The notes under the pieces: generated by a model
Told to the model about the DNA's origin: nothing
Seen by the model: only the letters and a program-made list of their open reading frames with translations
The model's database searches: none
In this document: positions 21,341-32,042 of the stretch, in pieces
How the letters are laid out: each line of letters opens with the position of its first letter
Position numbering within the stretch: position 1 is the stretch's first letter
NCBI GenBank assembly: GCA_018817165.1
Contig: JAHITY010000005.1
Coordinates: 1 to 59,155 of the forward strand
DNA from: Candidatus Omnitrophota bacterium
Lineage (GTDB): Bacteria; Omnitrophota; Gorgyraeia; B26-G9
Reading direction: 5' to 3'
DNA length: 59,155 bases
Position numbers and translations under genes: made by a program

Positions 21341-22315
21341 ATGAAATTTGATGAAATAATTGATGTGAAGCACTGGCAGAATATCCAGGATGCATTCTCT
21401 TCGATTATTGGTATTTCCCTAAGAACAATTGATTCTAATGGAGAAATCATTGTTAGACCGTCTAATCCGGCTTTAATTTGTCAGGAAGCAGTTTCTGAAT
21501 CTCCGATAGCCCGCAAAAAATGCTGGCAATGGTATCCTAATTTGGTGAAAAATATTGATCAGACAAAGACAAATGGTTTTTATGAAAATGTTTGTCCTCT
21601 GGGGCTGGTTAATTTTGCTATGCCGATAAGTTTAAACGATACGGAAACAGTTTTTCTTATGGTCGGCCCTTTGGTTTATGAGGATTCTAAAAAAGATACG
21701 CATCTTACTCAGCGGCTAAGTGAGGCCGGAGTTGATGAGGAAAAATTTTTTGAGTGTTTTAATAAGTTGCCGACAATTTCTCTGAGTAAAATTAATAATA
21801 TTGTTGAGTTTTTAAGCGCGATTACGGCGTTTATGGCAAAGCTTAAGGATTTTGATAAAAGGGCAAGCAGCAAAGGATTCGTATTTGATAATGATCAAGT
21901 GGGGTTTCTGCTTAAAACTTTTTTAGAGTTGGCAATGAAAATATGTGCCGCGGAAAGAGGATCGGTAATGGTCTTTGAAAAACAATCCCAGCAATTATCA
22001 ATCAAAGAAGCAACGGGATTAAGCCAGGAAATAATTTCTAATACAAAAATTAAGCCAGGGCAGGGACTGGCCGGAATGACCATTGAACGTAAAAAAGCGC
22101 TTTTTATAAATGACAAGTTGTCTGATCGAAATATTAAGGTTCATATGCATACGCCTACTTTAAAATCAGCGTTTGTAATTCCGATTTTTCAAAAAGATAA
22201 AATTCTCGGAGTAATCAGCGTGGGCACAGCAAAAAATCCCAATAGATTTTCCGATAAATTGATGGAGCTTTTAAATTTGCTTGTCGGTATGGCCTTGGAA
22301 AAAGTTGATTTATAA
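21341..22315 (+). CDS. PocR-like sensor domain plus GAF domain protein, no output domain
   Basis: N-terminal WQNIQDAFSSIIGISLRTIDSNGE...CPLGLVNFAMPI (PocR-type). C-terminal ERGSVMVF...GLAGMTIERKKALFIND...VIPIF...LGVISVG (GAF-type). Confidence 0.6.
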   Translation: MKFDEIIDVKHWQNIQDAFSSIIGISLRTIDSNGEIIVRPSNPALICQEAVSESPIARKKCWQWYPNLVKNIDQTKTNGFYENVCPLGLVNFAMPISLNDTETVFLMVGPLVYEDSKKDTHLTQRLSEAGVDEEKFFECFNKLPTISLSKINNIVEFLSAITAFMAKLKDFDKRASSKGFVFDNDQVGFLLKTFLELAMKICAAERGSVMVFEKQSQQLSIKEATGLSQEIISNTKIKPGQGLAGMTIERKKALFINDKLSDRNIKVHMHTPTLKSAFVIPIFQKDKILGVISVGTAKNPNRFSDKLMELLNLLVGMALEKVDL

Positions 22316-22513
22316 TAGAAAAAAAGATTAAAACTTGATTTTTTGTAAAACCTGACTTAGAATATAGAAACAATTTTTTAGATTTAAAGTATTGAAAATT
22401 TTAAAGATTAATGTGACGGCCCTAAACCAGAGCTCATGAAATCGCTCGGTTCAGGGTAAACTCCTCTCAGCCCGGGAGTTTGGTTTTAACTTTTAACTTT
22501 TTACTTTTATTGT

Positions 22514-22591
22514 GACGGCGTATCTCAGCCCGGTTAGAGAGAACGGCTCATACCCGTTATGTCGGTGGTTCAACTCCACCCGCCGTCACCA
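22514..22591 (+). tRNA. tRNA with CAT anticodon (elongator Met or lysidine-modified Ile2)
   Basis: Acceptor gacggcg/cgccgtc, anticodon stem-loop aacgg-ctcatac-ccgtt, T arm ggtgg-ttcaact-ccacc, 3' acca. Confidence 0.85.
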
Positions 22592-22596
22592 AAATT

Positions 22597-22622
22597 AACC
22601 ACCTTTAAAATGGTGGTTTTTT
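22597..22622 (+). terminator. intrinsic terminator after tRNA(CAT)
   Basis: Stem aaccacc/ggtggtt, loop tttaaaat, T-run. Confidence 0.7.
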
Positions 22623-22716
22623 AGTAAAGCATGGATTTGACTGTGCATTATCTTGACTTTATTGACCGATGTAGGTATTATTTAAATATATGGTTTGAAA
22701 GTTTTTAGGAGATGTT

Positions 22717-23001
22717 GTGAATTTAGGCGATATCCATAAATTAAGCAATAAAGAAATAGTCCAAAGCATCGCGAGAATGAATGATGCTCCGATGGAAAAA
22801 GCAATGCGGGCTGAGCTGGATGTTCGTTTCATGCAGGCAGTAACTGATTTAAGCTCAAATGTTTACAGTCTAAGGCTTAGTTTGGATAGTATTGCTAAAT
22901 CAAATAGAGCAAATAAAACACTGTTGGTATTTATTAGCTTATTTTTAATAATCATAATCGGGATTTTAGCGTATTATATTTTTCGGGCAAAGCTTCTTTA
23001 A
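22717..23001 (+). CDS. small tail-anchored membrane protein (hypothetical)
   Basis: GTG start after aggag; C-terminal TM helix LLVFISLFLIIIIGILAYYIF. Confidence 0.35.
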   Translation: MNLGDIHKLSNKEIVQSIARMNDAPMEKAMRAELDVRFMQAVTDLSSNVYSLRLSLDSIAKSNRANKTLLVFISLFLIIIIGILAYYIFRAKLL

Positions 23002-23134
23002 ATCAATGAATATAAGCGTTTAAGTAAATAGGCTTTAATCGGATAAAAACATCTAAGATTTAAATAGTTTTTGTTTGACTTTTACCTTGAAAATGATTAA
23101 ACTTAAAAATAGGGGTAAAATTAGGGGGTTTATT

Positions 23135-23476
23135 ATGAAAAAACCAGAAAATAAAAAGAGCCAAAAAAAAGATATTTGGGAAGAAGATCTGTTTGATTCA
23201 TATCTTGATGAAATGGATAGTTTGGTTAATAAATACCCTGAAGATTTGAATAAAGAAAATCTTACTGAACAAAAACTCCATGAATTAATCAAAGAACTTG
23301 ATGATAATTGGATGGAGTTTAGAAAAAAGTGGCAAATGAAACTGGATTTAGCGGAGAAGGTTTTCGGTACTGCTAAAACTGGACAAGATAAACAGGGCAT
23401 GCGCCATATAGTTATAAAAAGTGATTTTTCCGATAAAGAAATTTTAAATTTGACAGTTAAGCATCCAAAGCATTGA
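23135..23476 (+). CDS. hypothetical charged protein
   Basis: ATG 23135 preceded by tagggggt; Lys/Glu-rich, no recognisable motif. Confidence 0.35.
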   Translation: MKKPENKKSQKKDIWEEDLFDSYLDEMDSLVNKYPEDLNKENLTEQKLHELIKELDDNWMEFRKKWQMKLDLAEKVFGTAKTGQDKQGMRHIVIKSDFSDKEILNLTVKHPKH

Positions 23477-23659
23477 GATCAGTTTATTTAGCTGATTTTT
23501 AATGAATAAGCCTCTTCTGATTTATTATCAAATTTAGTCTGAAAAAAATTAATAATCTTCTTGATTTTTTCTTAAGTTATAGTAAAATAAAACTTCAATT
23601 TCTATTGCATTCAATTTCAATTAGATTAAATCTCAATTACTACCATAAGGAGGAGTTAA

Positions 23660-25762
23660 ATGAGTGATAAGTTGTTGGTACTTTTAACGTTTTTAGGATC
23701 ATCCGCGGCCTTGGTTTTCGCCGGCTTTCTTACTGCTTTTATTATGAAGCAGAACGAAGGTAATGATACTATGAAAGAGATAGCGAATGCGGTTAAGGAA
23801 GGCGCGGCAGCATATCTTAAAAGACAATATACTGTAGTCGCGGGCTTCTTTGTTATAGTTGTTTTATTGTTAAGTTATTTAGTGTCTAAAGGATATTTGG
23901 CAATTTTTGTTCCTTTTGCTTTTTTAAGCGGTGGATTTTTTTCAGGATTATCCGGATTTATTGGGATGATGATCGCTACTCGGGCCAGTTCACGGACTGC
24001 GCAGGCAGCAAGTGAAAGCCTTAATAGCGGATTAAGAGTTGCTTTTTCCAGCGGAGCGGTTATGGGCTTGGTTGTTGTTGGTCTTGGTCTGCTTGATTTA
24101 AGCATTTGGTATTCTATTCTTAATTGGTATTATGCGTCACATGCTTTGCCGCAGGGTTTAGATAAGATCGGAGCAATTACTTCCACAATGCTTACTTTTG
24201 GTATGGGGGCTAGTTCAATGGCCTTATTTGCTCGAGTTGGCGGCGGAATTTTTACCAAAGGCGCTGATGTGGGAGCTGATCTTGTAGGTAAAGTTGAAGC
24301 GGGAATTCCGGAAGATGATCCGCGTAATCCAGCGGTTATCGCGGATAATGTAGGAGACAATGTTGGCGATGTTGCAGGTATGGGCGCGGATCTATATGAA
24401 TCATATGTTGGGTCAATTGTGGCGACAATGGCTTTGGCTGCGGCAGCGGGATTAGGAATCAGAGGAATTACCGTTCCATTAGTTTTGGCGACTTTAGGGG
24501 TATTAGCTTCGATTGTTGGTACTTTTTTTGTGCGCAGCGGTGAAGAAGCAAAGCAGGAAGTATTATTAAAAGCCTTACGCAGAGGAGTTTTGGTTGCCGC
24601 GGCGATTGTTTTTATCGGAGCTTATTTTATAGTCCAAAAAACTCTTCCAGCACATATGGGGATTTATTGGTCAATTGTTTCCGGGCTGATCGCGGGAATT
24701 ATAATCGGCTTTTCCACTGAATACTATACTTCGCATCAATACAAGCCTACAAAAAGTATTGCGGATAGTTCGGCTACTGGTGCGGCAACAGTTATTATTT
24801 CCGGTATGGCTGTAGGCATGTTTTCAACCGCTATTCCGGTTGTGGTTGTCGGCGCTGCGATATTAGCTAGTTTTTATTTTGCCGGCGGAGCAACTGATTA
24901 TAATATGGGTTTATATGGAATCGGTATTGCCGCGGTAGGAATGTTAAGTACCTTGGGTATTACTTTAGCAACTGATGCTTATGGCCCGGTTGCTGATAAT
25001 GCTGGAGGAAACGCCGAGATGGCTGGACTTGATCCAGAAGTTCGCAAGCGTACAGATGCCCTTGATTCCTTGGGAAATACAACTGCTGCTACTGGTAAAG
25101 GGTTTGCTATTGGTTCAGCGGCTTTAACCGCGCTTGCTTTGATCGCGGCTTATAAAGAACAATTGATTATTCTTGGAAAAGTAGATTTTGATTTGAGCTT
25201 GATGAATCCTCGGGTTATGGTGGGATTATTTATCGGAGGCATGATGCCTTTTTTATTTTCCGCATTAACCATGAAAGCTGTTGGCAATGTTGCTGAAAAA
25301 ATTGTGTTTGAAGTTAGAAGACAGTTTAAAGAAATAAAAGGATTAATGGAAGGAACAGCAAAAGCTGATTATGCTTCCTGCGTAAATATCGCGACAATCG
25401 GCGCGCAGAAAGAGATGATTCTTCCCTCAATATTAGCAATAATTACTCCCGTGGTTGTTGGGCTGTTAATGGGAGTTGAGGCTGTAGTTGGCTTGCTGGT
25501 TGGCGGAACTGTTTGCGGGTTTGTGCTTGCGGTAATGATGGCTAATTCCGGCGGTGCTTGGGACAATGCTAAGAAATATATTGAAGAAGGCAATTGCGGC
25601 GGCAAAGGCAGTGCGGCGCATAAAGCAGCGGTTGTGGGCGATACAGTGGGTGATCCGTTTAAAGATACCTCCGGGCCTTCGATCAATATCTTGATTAAAC
25701 TTATGTCCATGGTTTCAATTGTATTTGCCTCATTTGTTGTAGCGAATAGCTTGTTCAAATAA
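23660..25762 (+). CDS. hppA: membrane-bound proton/sodium-translocating pyrophosphatase
   Basis: 700 aa polytopic protein with [50 protein letters not shown]. Confidence 0.95.
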   Translation: MSDKLLVLLTFLGSSAALVFAGFLTAFIMKQNEGNDTMKEIANAVKEGAAAYLKRQYTVVAGFFVIVVLLLSYLVSKGYLAIFVPFAFLSGGFFSGLSGFIGMMIATRASSRTAQAASESLNSGLRVAFSSGAVMGLVVVGLGLLDLSIWYSILNWYYASHALPQGLDKIGAITSTMLTFGMGASSMALFARVGGGIFTKGADVGADLVGKVEAGIPEDDPRNPAVIADNVGDNVGDVAGMGADLYESYVGSIVATMALAAAAGLGIRGITVPLVLATLGVLASIVGTFFVRSGEEAKQEVLLKALRRGVLVAAAIVFIGAYFIVQKTLPAHMGIYWSIVSGLIAGIIIGFSTEYYTSHQYKPTKSIADSSATGAATVIISGMAVGMFSTAIPVVVVGAAILASFYFAGGATDYNMGLYGIGIAAVGMLSTLGITLATDAYGPVADNAGGNAEMAGLDPEVRKRTDALDSLGNTTAATGKGFAIGSAALTALALIAAYKEQLIILGKVDFDLSLMNPRVMVGLFIGGMMPFLFSALTMKAVGNVAEKIVFEVRRQFKEIKGLMEGTAKADYASCVNIATIGAQKEMILPSILAIITPVVVGLLMGVEAVVGLLVGGTVCGFVLAVMMANSGGAWDNAKKYIEEGNCGGKGSAAHKAAVVGDTVGDPFKDTSGPSINILIKLMSMVSIVFASFVVANSLFK

Positions 25763-25781
25763 AAATAAAGATAATTAATGA

Positions 25782-25832
25782 TAAGGAGTAGCAGGAAAGT
25801 ATAAGTATTTACTTGCTACTCCTTATTTTTTT
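25782..25832 (+). terminator. intrinsic terminator after hppA
   Basis: 14-bp stem taaggagtagcagg/cttgctactcctta followed by a T-run. Confidence 0.75.
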
Positions 25833-25847
25833 ATATATTCTATTATT

Positions 25848-27257
25848 ATGATTATTGAAAAAATTAAATCGACAATTATCGCTAATAAGCTTTTTAAGCC
25901 AAAAGAGCGGGTATTAGTTTGCGTGTCCGGGGGACCGGACTCAGTATTTTTGCTTGATATTTTAACGCGGTTAAAAGAGCTCTATGCTTTGAGAATTAGC
26001 GTCGCTCATCTTAATCATTGCTTGAGAGGACAAGAATCAGATGCTGATGAGGTATTTGTCAGTCAGCTTGCTGATGGTTATGGCATGTCTTTTTTTCGCG
26101 CAAGGGTTGACGTGGCTAAGCTTGCCAAGCAAAAGAAAATCTCGATTGAGCAGGCAGCGAGATTTGCCCGTTACAATTTTTTTTCCAATATTTGCCAAAC
26201 GCAAAAAATAAAGAAAATTGTATTAGCCCATACAAAAGATGATCAAGTTGAGACAATTTTAATGCGGATACTCAGAGGTACCGGGATTAAGGGTCTGGGG
26301 GGGATAAAGTTCCTCAGCGAATTGGATAATATGTTGCTTGTCCGGCCTTTGCTAGATATCGAAAAACAGCAGATACTCAGCTATCTGAAGAAAAATAAAC
26401 TAAAATTTCGGGTTGATTCAAGCAATCAAGAAAAAAATTACTTTAGAAATAAAGTCCGGCTGGATGTGCTTCCTTTGCTTGAGCAATTAAGTCCGGGGTT
26501 GAAAGATAATATTGTAAGAATCGCGGATAATGCCCAAAAAACAGAAAATTTTATTCAAGCAAAATTAAATCCGATCTATCAGAGAATTATATTTTCGATA
26601 AAAAATAATGAGATTATTATTTATCGACAAAAATTTTTAAAATTGATGCCGATAATTCGTTCCGAGATTATTCGAAAAGCTATTTTTAGTCTAAGCGGAG
26701 ACATAAATGGAATTGATTATAAGCATATTAGGATTATTGATGATTTCGCTGGAATAAATGTTTTGAGCGGTCAGGGATTGGATTTACCGAAATCACTGCA
26801 GGTAGGGAGGACTAGGCAGTATCTAAAATTTTCGCTTAAAAAAAAATCAAAGATCAGCGTTTTAGAAAATCAAAAGTTTTTATTGGAGCTGAACAAAGAG
26901 CTTATAATTAAGAGCTTGGGATATTCTTTTAAGGTCATAAAGCTTAAGGGCAAGATAAACATTAAGAAAAAACTTCCGGGTATTGAATATTTAGATTTTG
27001 CTGTGGTGAAGTTTCCTTTAATTGTTCGAACTTGGCTGTCAGGAGATCGGTTTAAGCCTTTAGGTAATATTGGGTCACAGAAAATCAAAAAATTTTTAAT
27101 TGATCAAAAAATCGATAAAGATCTAAAACAGAAAATCCCCCTTGTCTTATCAGGAAATAAAATAATTCTAGTCGGCGGGATGAGGATCGCTGATGATTTT
27201 AAGGTGACTAAACAGACGAAAAATATTCTAAAAATAATAATTAAAAGAATTAAATAA
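25848..27257 (+). CDS. tilS: tRNA(Ile)-lysidine synthase
   Basis: PP-loop VCVSGGPDS, AHLNHCLRG, AHTKDDQVET. Confidence 0.85.
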   Translation: MIIEKIKSTIIANKLFKPKERVLVCVSGGPDSVFLLDILTRLKELYALRISVAHLNHCLRGQESDADEVFVSQLADGYGMSFFRARVDVAKLAKQKKISIEQAARFARYNFFSNICQTQKIKKIVLAHTKDDQVETILMRILRGTGIKGLGGIKFLSELDNMLLVRPLLDIEKQQILSYLKKNKLKFRVDSSNQEKNYFRNKVRLDVLPLLEQLSPGLKDNIVRIADNAQKTENFIQAKLNPIYQRIIFSIKNNEIIIYRQKFLKLMPIIRSEIIRKAIFSLSGDINGIDYKHIRIIDDFAGINVLSGQGLDLPKSLQVGRTRQYLKFSLKKKSKISVLENQKFLLELNKELIIKSLGYSFKVIKLKGKINIKKKLPGIEYLDFAVVKFPLIVRTWLSGDRFKPLGNIGSQKIKKFLIDQKIDKDLKQKIPLVLSGNKIILVGGMRIADDFKVTKQTKNILKIIIKRIK

Positions 27258-27281
27258 TAGCAAGGGGATGGCTTTAGAATA

Positions 27282-28178
27282 TTATTTTTTTCTTATGCCA
27301 TAGTGATTAATTCTTGGCGGAGCATCTCTGTTTTCTTCGGAGATTCTTACTTGTTTGTAATGAGGCTTATCTTTTCTTACATAACTTATTAAACATTTCA
27401 CAAATTTTTTATTTACTCTTCCTTTTCTTGATTCAGCTAAAAGTAAATCAAGGGCTGCCCTTACTGTAAATGGTTCATTCCGGTATGGGCGATGACTGGT
27501 CAGCGCGTCAAAAATATCGCAGGGAATTATTGTCTGAATATAATTATCTAATTGTTTGATCCCGCGCGGGTAGCCGCTTCCATCCAAACGCTCATGGTGG
27601 GAAAAACCAGCTAAGGCAATAAACGATTTTGGATTATTCAGATAATGCGATATCAATAGGTACTCGATCATTGGATGTTCCTGAATAACTTTAAACTCCT
27701 CATCACTTAAGGGGGAGTCTTTTTCTAAAATGCTTACTGGTAAGCGTGATTTTCCTAAATCATGGACTAAGCCAATTCGGGCAATTCTTGATGGATCGAA
27801 GGAGTGATCATTCATGTCTAAGCAAATTTTAATCGAAAGCGCGGCAACAACCAGAATGTGATCATAAGTGCTGGGCATAAGTTTTTTTATACTGTTCAGT
27901 TCTGAGAGAAGTGCCGCGCTTAGCACTGTTTGGTTTAAGATTTTAATAATTTGTTTGGAGGCATTATCTTGGGAAAAAATGGTTTGATAAATGCCGCGGT
28001 TAATTGCTAAGATAGTATCATTTCCAATCGAAGACTCAGAAATGCTGATTTCCTTGGAGTTAAAATTCCTATCTCTAACAATATGCTTGATTGTTTCGCA
28101 GGTTATTGTTTGCTTTGTTTTAAATAAAATCTCGCCATTTATATTTCTTAATATTGGAGTGAATTCTTTACGGGTCAT
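27282..28178 (-). CDS. HD-GYP domain protein (putative c-di-GMP phosphodiesterase)
   Basis: GLVHDLGK and HHERLDGSGYPRG motifs. Confidence 0.8.
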   Translation of the reverse strand: MTRKEFTPILRNINGEILFKTKQTITCETIKHIVRDRNFNSKEISISESSIGNDTILAINRGIYQTIFSQDNASKQIIKILNQTVLSAALLSELNSIKKLMPSTYDHILVVAALSIKICLDMNDHSFDPSRIARIGLVHDLGKSRLPVSILEKDSPLSDEEFKVIQEHPMIEYLLISHYLNNPKSFIALAGFSHHERLDGSGYPRGIKQLDNYIQTIIPCDIFDALTSHRPYRNEPFTVRAALDLLLAESRKGRVNKKFVKCLISYVRKDKPHYKQVRISEENRDAPPRINHYGIRKK

Positions 28179-28425
28179 ATCTTTATATTACCTTTTATAA
28201 AGGATTGAATAGATAGTTAAAAAAAATATATATATAACAATATGAATAAATTACGATTTTTCTCTCTTTTTTAAATTTTACCATAATATCTAGCTTTTTG
28301 CAAATAAATCAAGCAAGCATCGAGGCTTTGAACTGAGAAAGATCTGATAAATTTTAAGTTAAGTATTTCTTGTCTTTTTAGGTGATTTCTGACGAGTAGA
28401 ACCTTTGTTTTTCGTCCCATTTCCC

Positions 28426-28454
28426 TTGACACAATTGGCTAATAGTTATATAAT
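28426..28454 (+). promoter_or_regulatory. sigma70-type promoter upstream of lysS
   Basis: TTGACA 28426-28431, 17-nt spacer, TATAAT 28449-28454. Confidence 0.6.
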
Positions 28455-28616
28455 CAAAAAGTTAGTAGGGGGAGGGCTTAAAATGTGGCAACTTATTTAT
28501 TGGAAATATGTTAACATTTATAAATCCGGCGGTTTTAAGCGAATTTCTTTTTTTAATTTTAATCCAGATTTTAGTTAAATATAACTATGCTGTTTTAAGT
28601 AAATGAGGGCACAAAA

Positions 28617-30092
28617 ATGAGTGATGATATATTGGATTTGCGGATCAAAAAGATCGAAGATTTAAAGGCGCAGGGCGTGTGTTTGTATGGTGGCAGTTTT
28701 CCCAAGAAACATAGCGCTTTATGGATAAAAGAAAATTTCGCGGAAAATGCTCAGGTTTGTTCTGCGGGCAGAATTATGGCTTTGCGGGCGCATGGGAAAA
28801 GTATATTTGGCGATATTAAAGACATAACCGGCAGAGTTCAATTCTATATTAAAAAAGATAATGTGGGTGATGAAGTTTTTGAATTTTTGAAGAAACTGGA
28901 TATTGGCGATATCATTGGCTTGGAAGGGGAACTTTTTTTAACACATACTGAAGAACCGACGATAAAAGTAAAAAAAGTAGAAATCTTGGCCAAGGGCATG
29001 CGGCCGCTTCCGGAAAAATGGCATGGATTAAAGGCTGTTGAGGTTCGATATAGAAAGCGTTATTTAGATCTAATTTCCAATGAAAAGGTTAAAGATGTAT
29101 TTATCAAAAGAAGTAAAATTATAAAAGAAATCAGAAAATATCTTGATGCTCAGGATTATTTGGAAGTTGAAACTCCGATGATGCATTCTTTGGCTGGCGG
29201 CGCGGCGGGAAAACCATTCAAAACTCATTTGGATGCTTTGAATATGGATCTGTCTTTACGGATTGCTCCGGAACTGTATCTTAAAAAATTATTGGTTGGA
29301 GATCTTGAACGGGTTTATGAAATAAATCGCAGTTTTAGGAATGAAGGGCTTTCAACTAAGCACAATCCGGAATTTACGATGTTGGAAGTTTATACTGCTT
29401 ACGCGGATTATCGAAAAATGATGGATTTGGTTAAAGGAATTATTATGCATATCGCGGATAATGTTATTGGCACAAAGCAGCTTGCTTTTGGCGATCAGAC
29501 AATTGATCTGACTAATTGGGAAGAAGTGTCATTTGCCGTATTAATGCGCGATAATTTTGATATTAATCCTGATGATTCTGAATTTCAGTGGTTGGAGAAG
29601 CTAAAGAAGAAAAATGTGAAAGTTGAGCTAAGGGAAGGAAAAATCAGTCGGACTTTTATTCTTAATCTGATCAGTGATTTAATTGAAGAAAAATTACAGA
29701 CAAATCATCCGGTTTTTATCACCGATATTTATACCGAACTTTGTCCTTTGGCCAAAAAGAAAAAAGATGAACCTTTGCTTAGTGAGCGTTTTGAGCTTTT
29801 TATGGGCGGCATGGAAATTGCCAATGCTTATTCTGAATTAAATGATCCGATTGAACAAAGAGAGCGGTTTTTACTTCAGGCTAAAGAGGAATGTAATGCT
29901 AAAATAGATGAAGATTTTGTCGAAGCTCTGGAATATGGTATGCCTCCTGCTGGAGGGTTAGGGATTGGGATTGATCGCTTGGTTATGCTGTTTACCAATC
30001 AGACCTCGATCAAGGATGTTATCTTATTTCCTCAATTAAAACCTGAAGTCCAGATTGCTGAGGCAGAATCAGAAGCGAACGCGCAGGAATAA
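28617..30092 (+). CDS. lysS: lysine--tRNA ligase (class II)
   Basis: OB-fold N-terminus, class II motifs YEINRSFRNEG, FELFMGGMEIANAYSELNDP, GGLGIGIDRLVM. Confidence 0.95.
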   Translation: MSDDILDLRIKKIEDLKAQGVCLYGGSFPKKHSALWIKENFAENAQVCSAGRIMALRAHGKSIFGDIKDITGRVQFYIKKDNVGDEVFEFLKKLDIGDIIGLEGELFLTHTEEPTIKVKKVEILAKGMRPLPEKWHGLKAVEVRYRKRYLDLISNEKVKDVFIKRSKIIKEIRKYLDAQDYLEVETPMMHSLAGGAAGKPFKTHLDALNMDLSLRIAPELYLKKLLVGDLERVYEINRSFRNEGLSTKHNPEFTMLEVYTAYADYRKMMDLVKGIIMHIADNVIGTKQLAFGDQTIDLTNWEEVSFAVLMRDNFDINPDDSEFQWLEKLKKKNVKVELREGKISRTFILNLISDLIEEKLQTNHPVFITDIYTELCPLAKKKKDEPLLSERFELFMGGMEIANAYSELNDPIEQRERFLLQAKEECNAKIDEDFVEALEYGMPPAGGLGIGIDRLVMLFTNQTSIKDVILFPQLKPEVQIAEAESEANAQE

Positions 30093-30126
30093 TATATTCC
30101 GCAGGAAGTTTAAAGATTTTAATTAT

Positions 30127-31335
30127 ATGTCTTATGAAATAAAAATCGGGCTTAGATATATTTTTGGCAGAAGAAAAGAAAAGTTTATTTCTTTGATCAG
30201 CTGTATTTCAATTATTGGAGTTGCTACTGGAGTCTGCGCTTTGATAATTGTTATTGGCGTTATGAGCGGATTTGATACTGAATTACGCGATAAAATAATC
30301 GGTACAAGCAGTCATATTGTGGTTGATAGATTAGGCGGTCTTGATGATCCGGCTGTGGCAATGCAAACGATTAGCGATGTTGACGGGGTTATTGCCTGCG
30401 CGCCGTTTATAAATACGCAAGCTTTATTAGCTGATCATGACCGGCTTAGTTCGGTTGTTGTCCGGGGGATTGATCCAAAGCTTGAGGCGGAAGTTACTTC
30501 TGTCCGGGATTTTATTAAAAGCGGCAGCTTGGATTTAGAAGGCGGCAATAAGATAATTATTGGCAGTGGATTAGCTGAACAGTTAGCCTTAAGAGTCGGT
30601 AATCAGATCAGCTTGATTTCCGCGGCTAAACAAAAGAAAAAGACCTTGGGTAAAATGCGGGAAAATAATTATACGATTTCCGCTATCTTTACCAGCGGGA
30701 TGTATGATTATGATACTGGGGTTGTTTTTATTTCTCTAGACGATGCTAAAATATTCTTTGAAAATCCGATATTAGTCAGCGGGATAAGTGTCAAAATAAA
30801 TGATATTTATGCTGCGGATCAAATTAAAAAAAAGATTCAGGAACAGTTGGGATTTCCTTATTTTACCCGCACCTGGATGGATATGAACCGCAATTTGTTT
30901 AATGCTTTAAAGCTGGAAAAAACCGCGATGTTCATAATTCTGACATTGATTGTTTTAGTTGCGGCATTAAATATCGCGAGCACTCTGATTATGATGGTTA
31001 TGGAAAAAACCAAAGATATTGGTATTTTGAAAACCATTGGCGCGACTAATCAAAGCATTCGCGCTATTTTTACCATGGTGGGATTGTTCATTGGAATTAT
31101 CGGCACAATGCTCGGCACAGCCGCGGGTTTATTTTGCGCTTATTTGCTTAAAACCTATGAATTTATTAAACTGCCGGAAGACGTTTATTATATTAGTAAA
31201 TTACCGGTTAGAATTGAATCAACTGAAGTGATTTGGATTGTAATGGCCGCGATTTTGATTAGTTTTTGCGCGACTTTTTATCCCGCGTACCAAGCTTCCA
31301 AGCTTGATCCTGTGGAGGCATTGAGATACGAATGA
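30127..31335 (+). CDS. lolE: lipoprotein-releasing system permease (LolC/LolE family)
   Basis: MacB/FtsX topology: N-terminal TM, large periplasmic loop, C-terminal FtsX region; ATG 30127 avoids overlap with lysS. Confidence 0.8.
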   Translation: MSYEIKIGLRYIFGRRKEKFISLISCISIIGVATGVCALIIVIGVMSGFDTELRDKIIGTSSHIVVDRLGGLDDPAVAMQTISDVDGVIACAPFINTQALLADHDRLSSVVVRGIDPKLEAEVTSVRDFIKSGSLDLEGGNKIIIGSGLAEQLALRVGNQISLISAAKQKKKTLGKMRENNYTISAIFTSGMYDYDTGVVFISLDDAKIFFENPILVSGISVKINDIYAADQIKKKIQEQLGFPYFTRTWMDMNRNLFNALKLEKTAMFIILTLIVLVAALNIASTLIMMVMEKTKDIGILKTIGATNQSIRAIFTMVGLFIGIIGTMLGTAAGLFCAYLLKTYEFIKLPEDVYYISKLPVRIESTEVIWIVMAAILISFCATFYPAYQASKLDPVEALRYE

Positions 31336-31997
31336 TCCTTGAAGCAAGAAATTTACACAAGCATTATAATGCCCAGCCGGCAAAAATTCATGTGCTTAGA
31401 GGCATTGATTTAAATATTAAAAAAGGTGAGTTTGTTAGTATTTTAGGCTCTTCCGGAGCAGGGAAATCAACATTACTCCATTTCTTAGCGGGTTTAGACA
31501 AACCAAATAAAGGCGAAGTATTGCTTAATGGTCAAAATATTTATACAATAAGGGATAATCAAAGAGCCTTGTTGCGTAATCGGGATATTGGAGTTGTTTT
31601 TCAGTTTTACCATCTTTTGCCGGAATTTAGCGCGATTGATAATATAATGTTCCCGGCTTTGATTTCCGGGAAAAAAGTTAGGGATGTAAAAGCTAGGGCC
31701 GAAGAATTGATGAATGAAGTCGGACTGGCTAATAGAAAAGAACATAAGCCGTCAGCGCTTTCTGGTGGAGAGCAGCAGAGAGTTGCCATTGCCCGGGCCT
31801 TGATCAATAGTCCGCAGCTTTTACTTTGCGATGAGCCCACAGGCAATCTTGATTCGCATACAGGACAAAAGGTTTGCGACTTATTATTAAGGCTTAATAA
31901 AATATTAAATATTACAATTATTATTGCTACACATTCAAAAGTGATTGCTGATATATCATCAAGAACTCTTTTAATCAAAGACGGAAAGATTGAATAA
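31332..31997 (+). CDS. lolD: lipoprotein-releasing system ATP-binding protein
   Basis: Walker A GSSGAGKST, signature LSGGEQQR, Walker B LLLCDEPTGNLD; ATGA overlap with the permease gene. Confidence 0.85.
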   Translation: MILEARNLHKHYNAQPAKIHVLRGIDLNIKKGEFVSILGSSGAGKSTLLHFLAGLDKPNKGEVLLNGQNIYTIRDNQRALLRNRDIGVVFQFYHLLPEFSAIDNIMFPALISGKKVRDVKARAEELMNEVGLANRKEHKPSALSGGEQQRVAIARALINSPQLLLCDEPTGNLDSHTGQKVCDLLLRLNKILNITIIIATHSKVIADISSRTLLIKDGKIE

Positions 31998-32042
31998 GGC
32001 AGTGTTTGTTTTTTTGATAAAACCTTTAATCGGAGGGAGTAA

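Noticed and set aside
30055-30126. Upstream extended starts proposed by the track (lolE at 30055, mlaE at 37140, ORF at 18141, aldolase at 12189, PilZ at 48519, maf at 10532, ORF at 23075)
   Set aside because: The extensions overlap the preceding gene or a promoter-like motif and lack an SD. Internal ATG or GTG codons with an SD give N-termini typical of the families.
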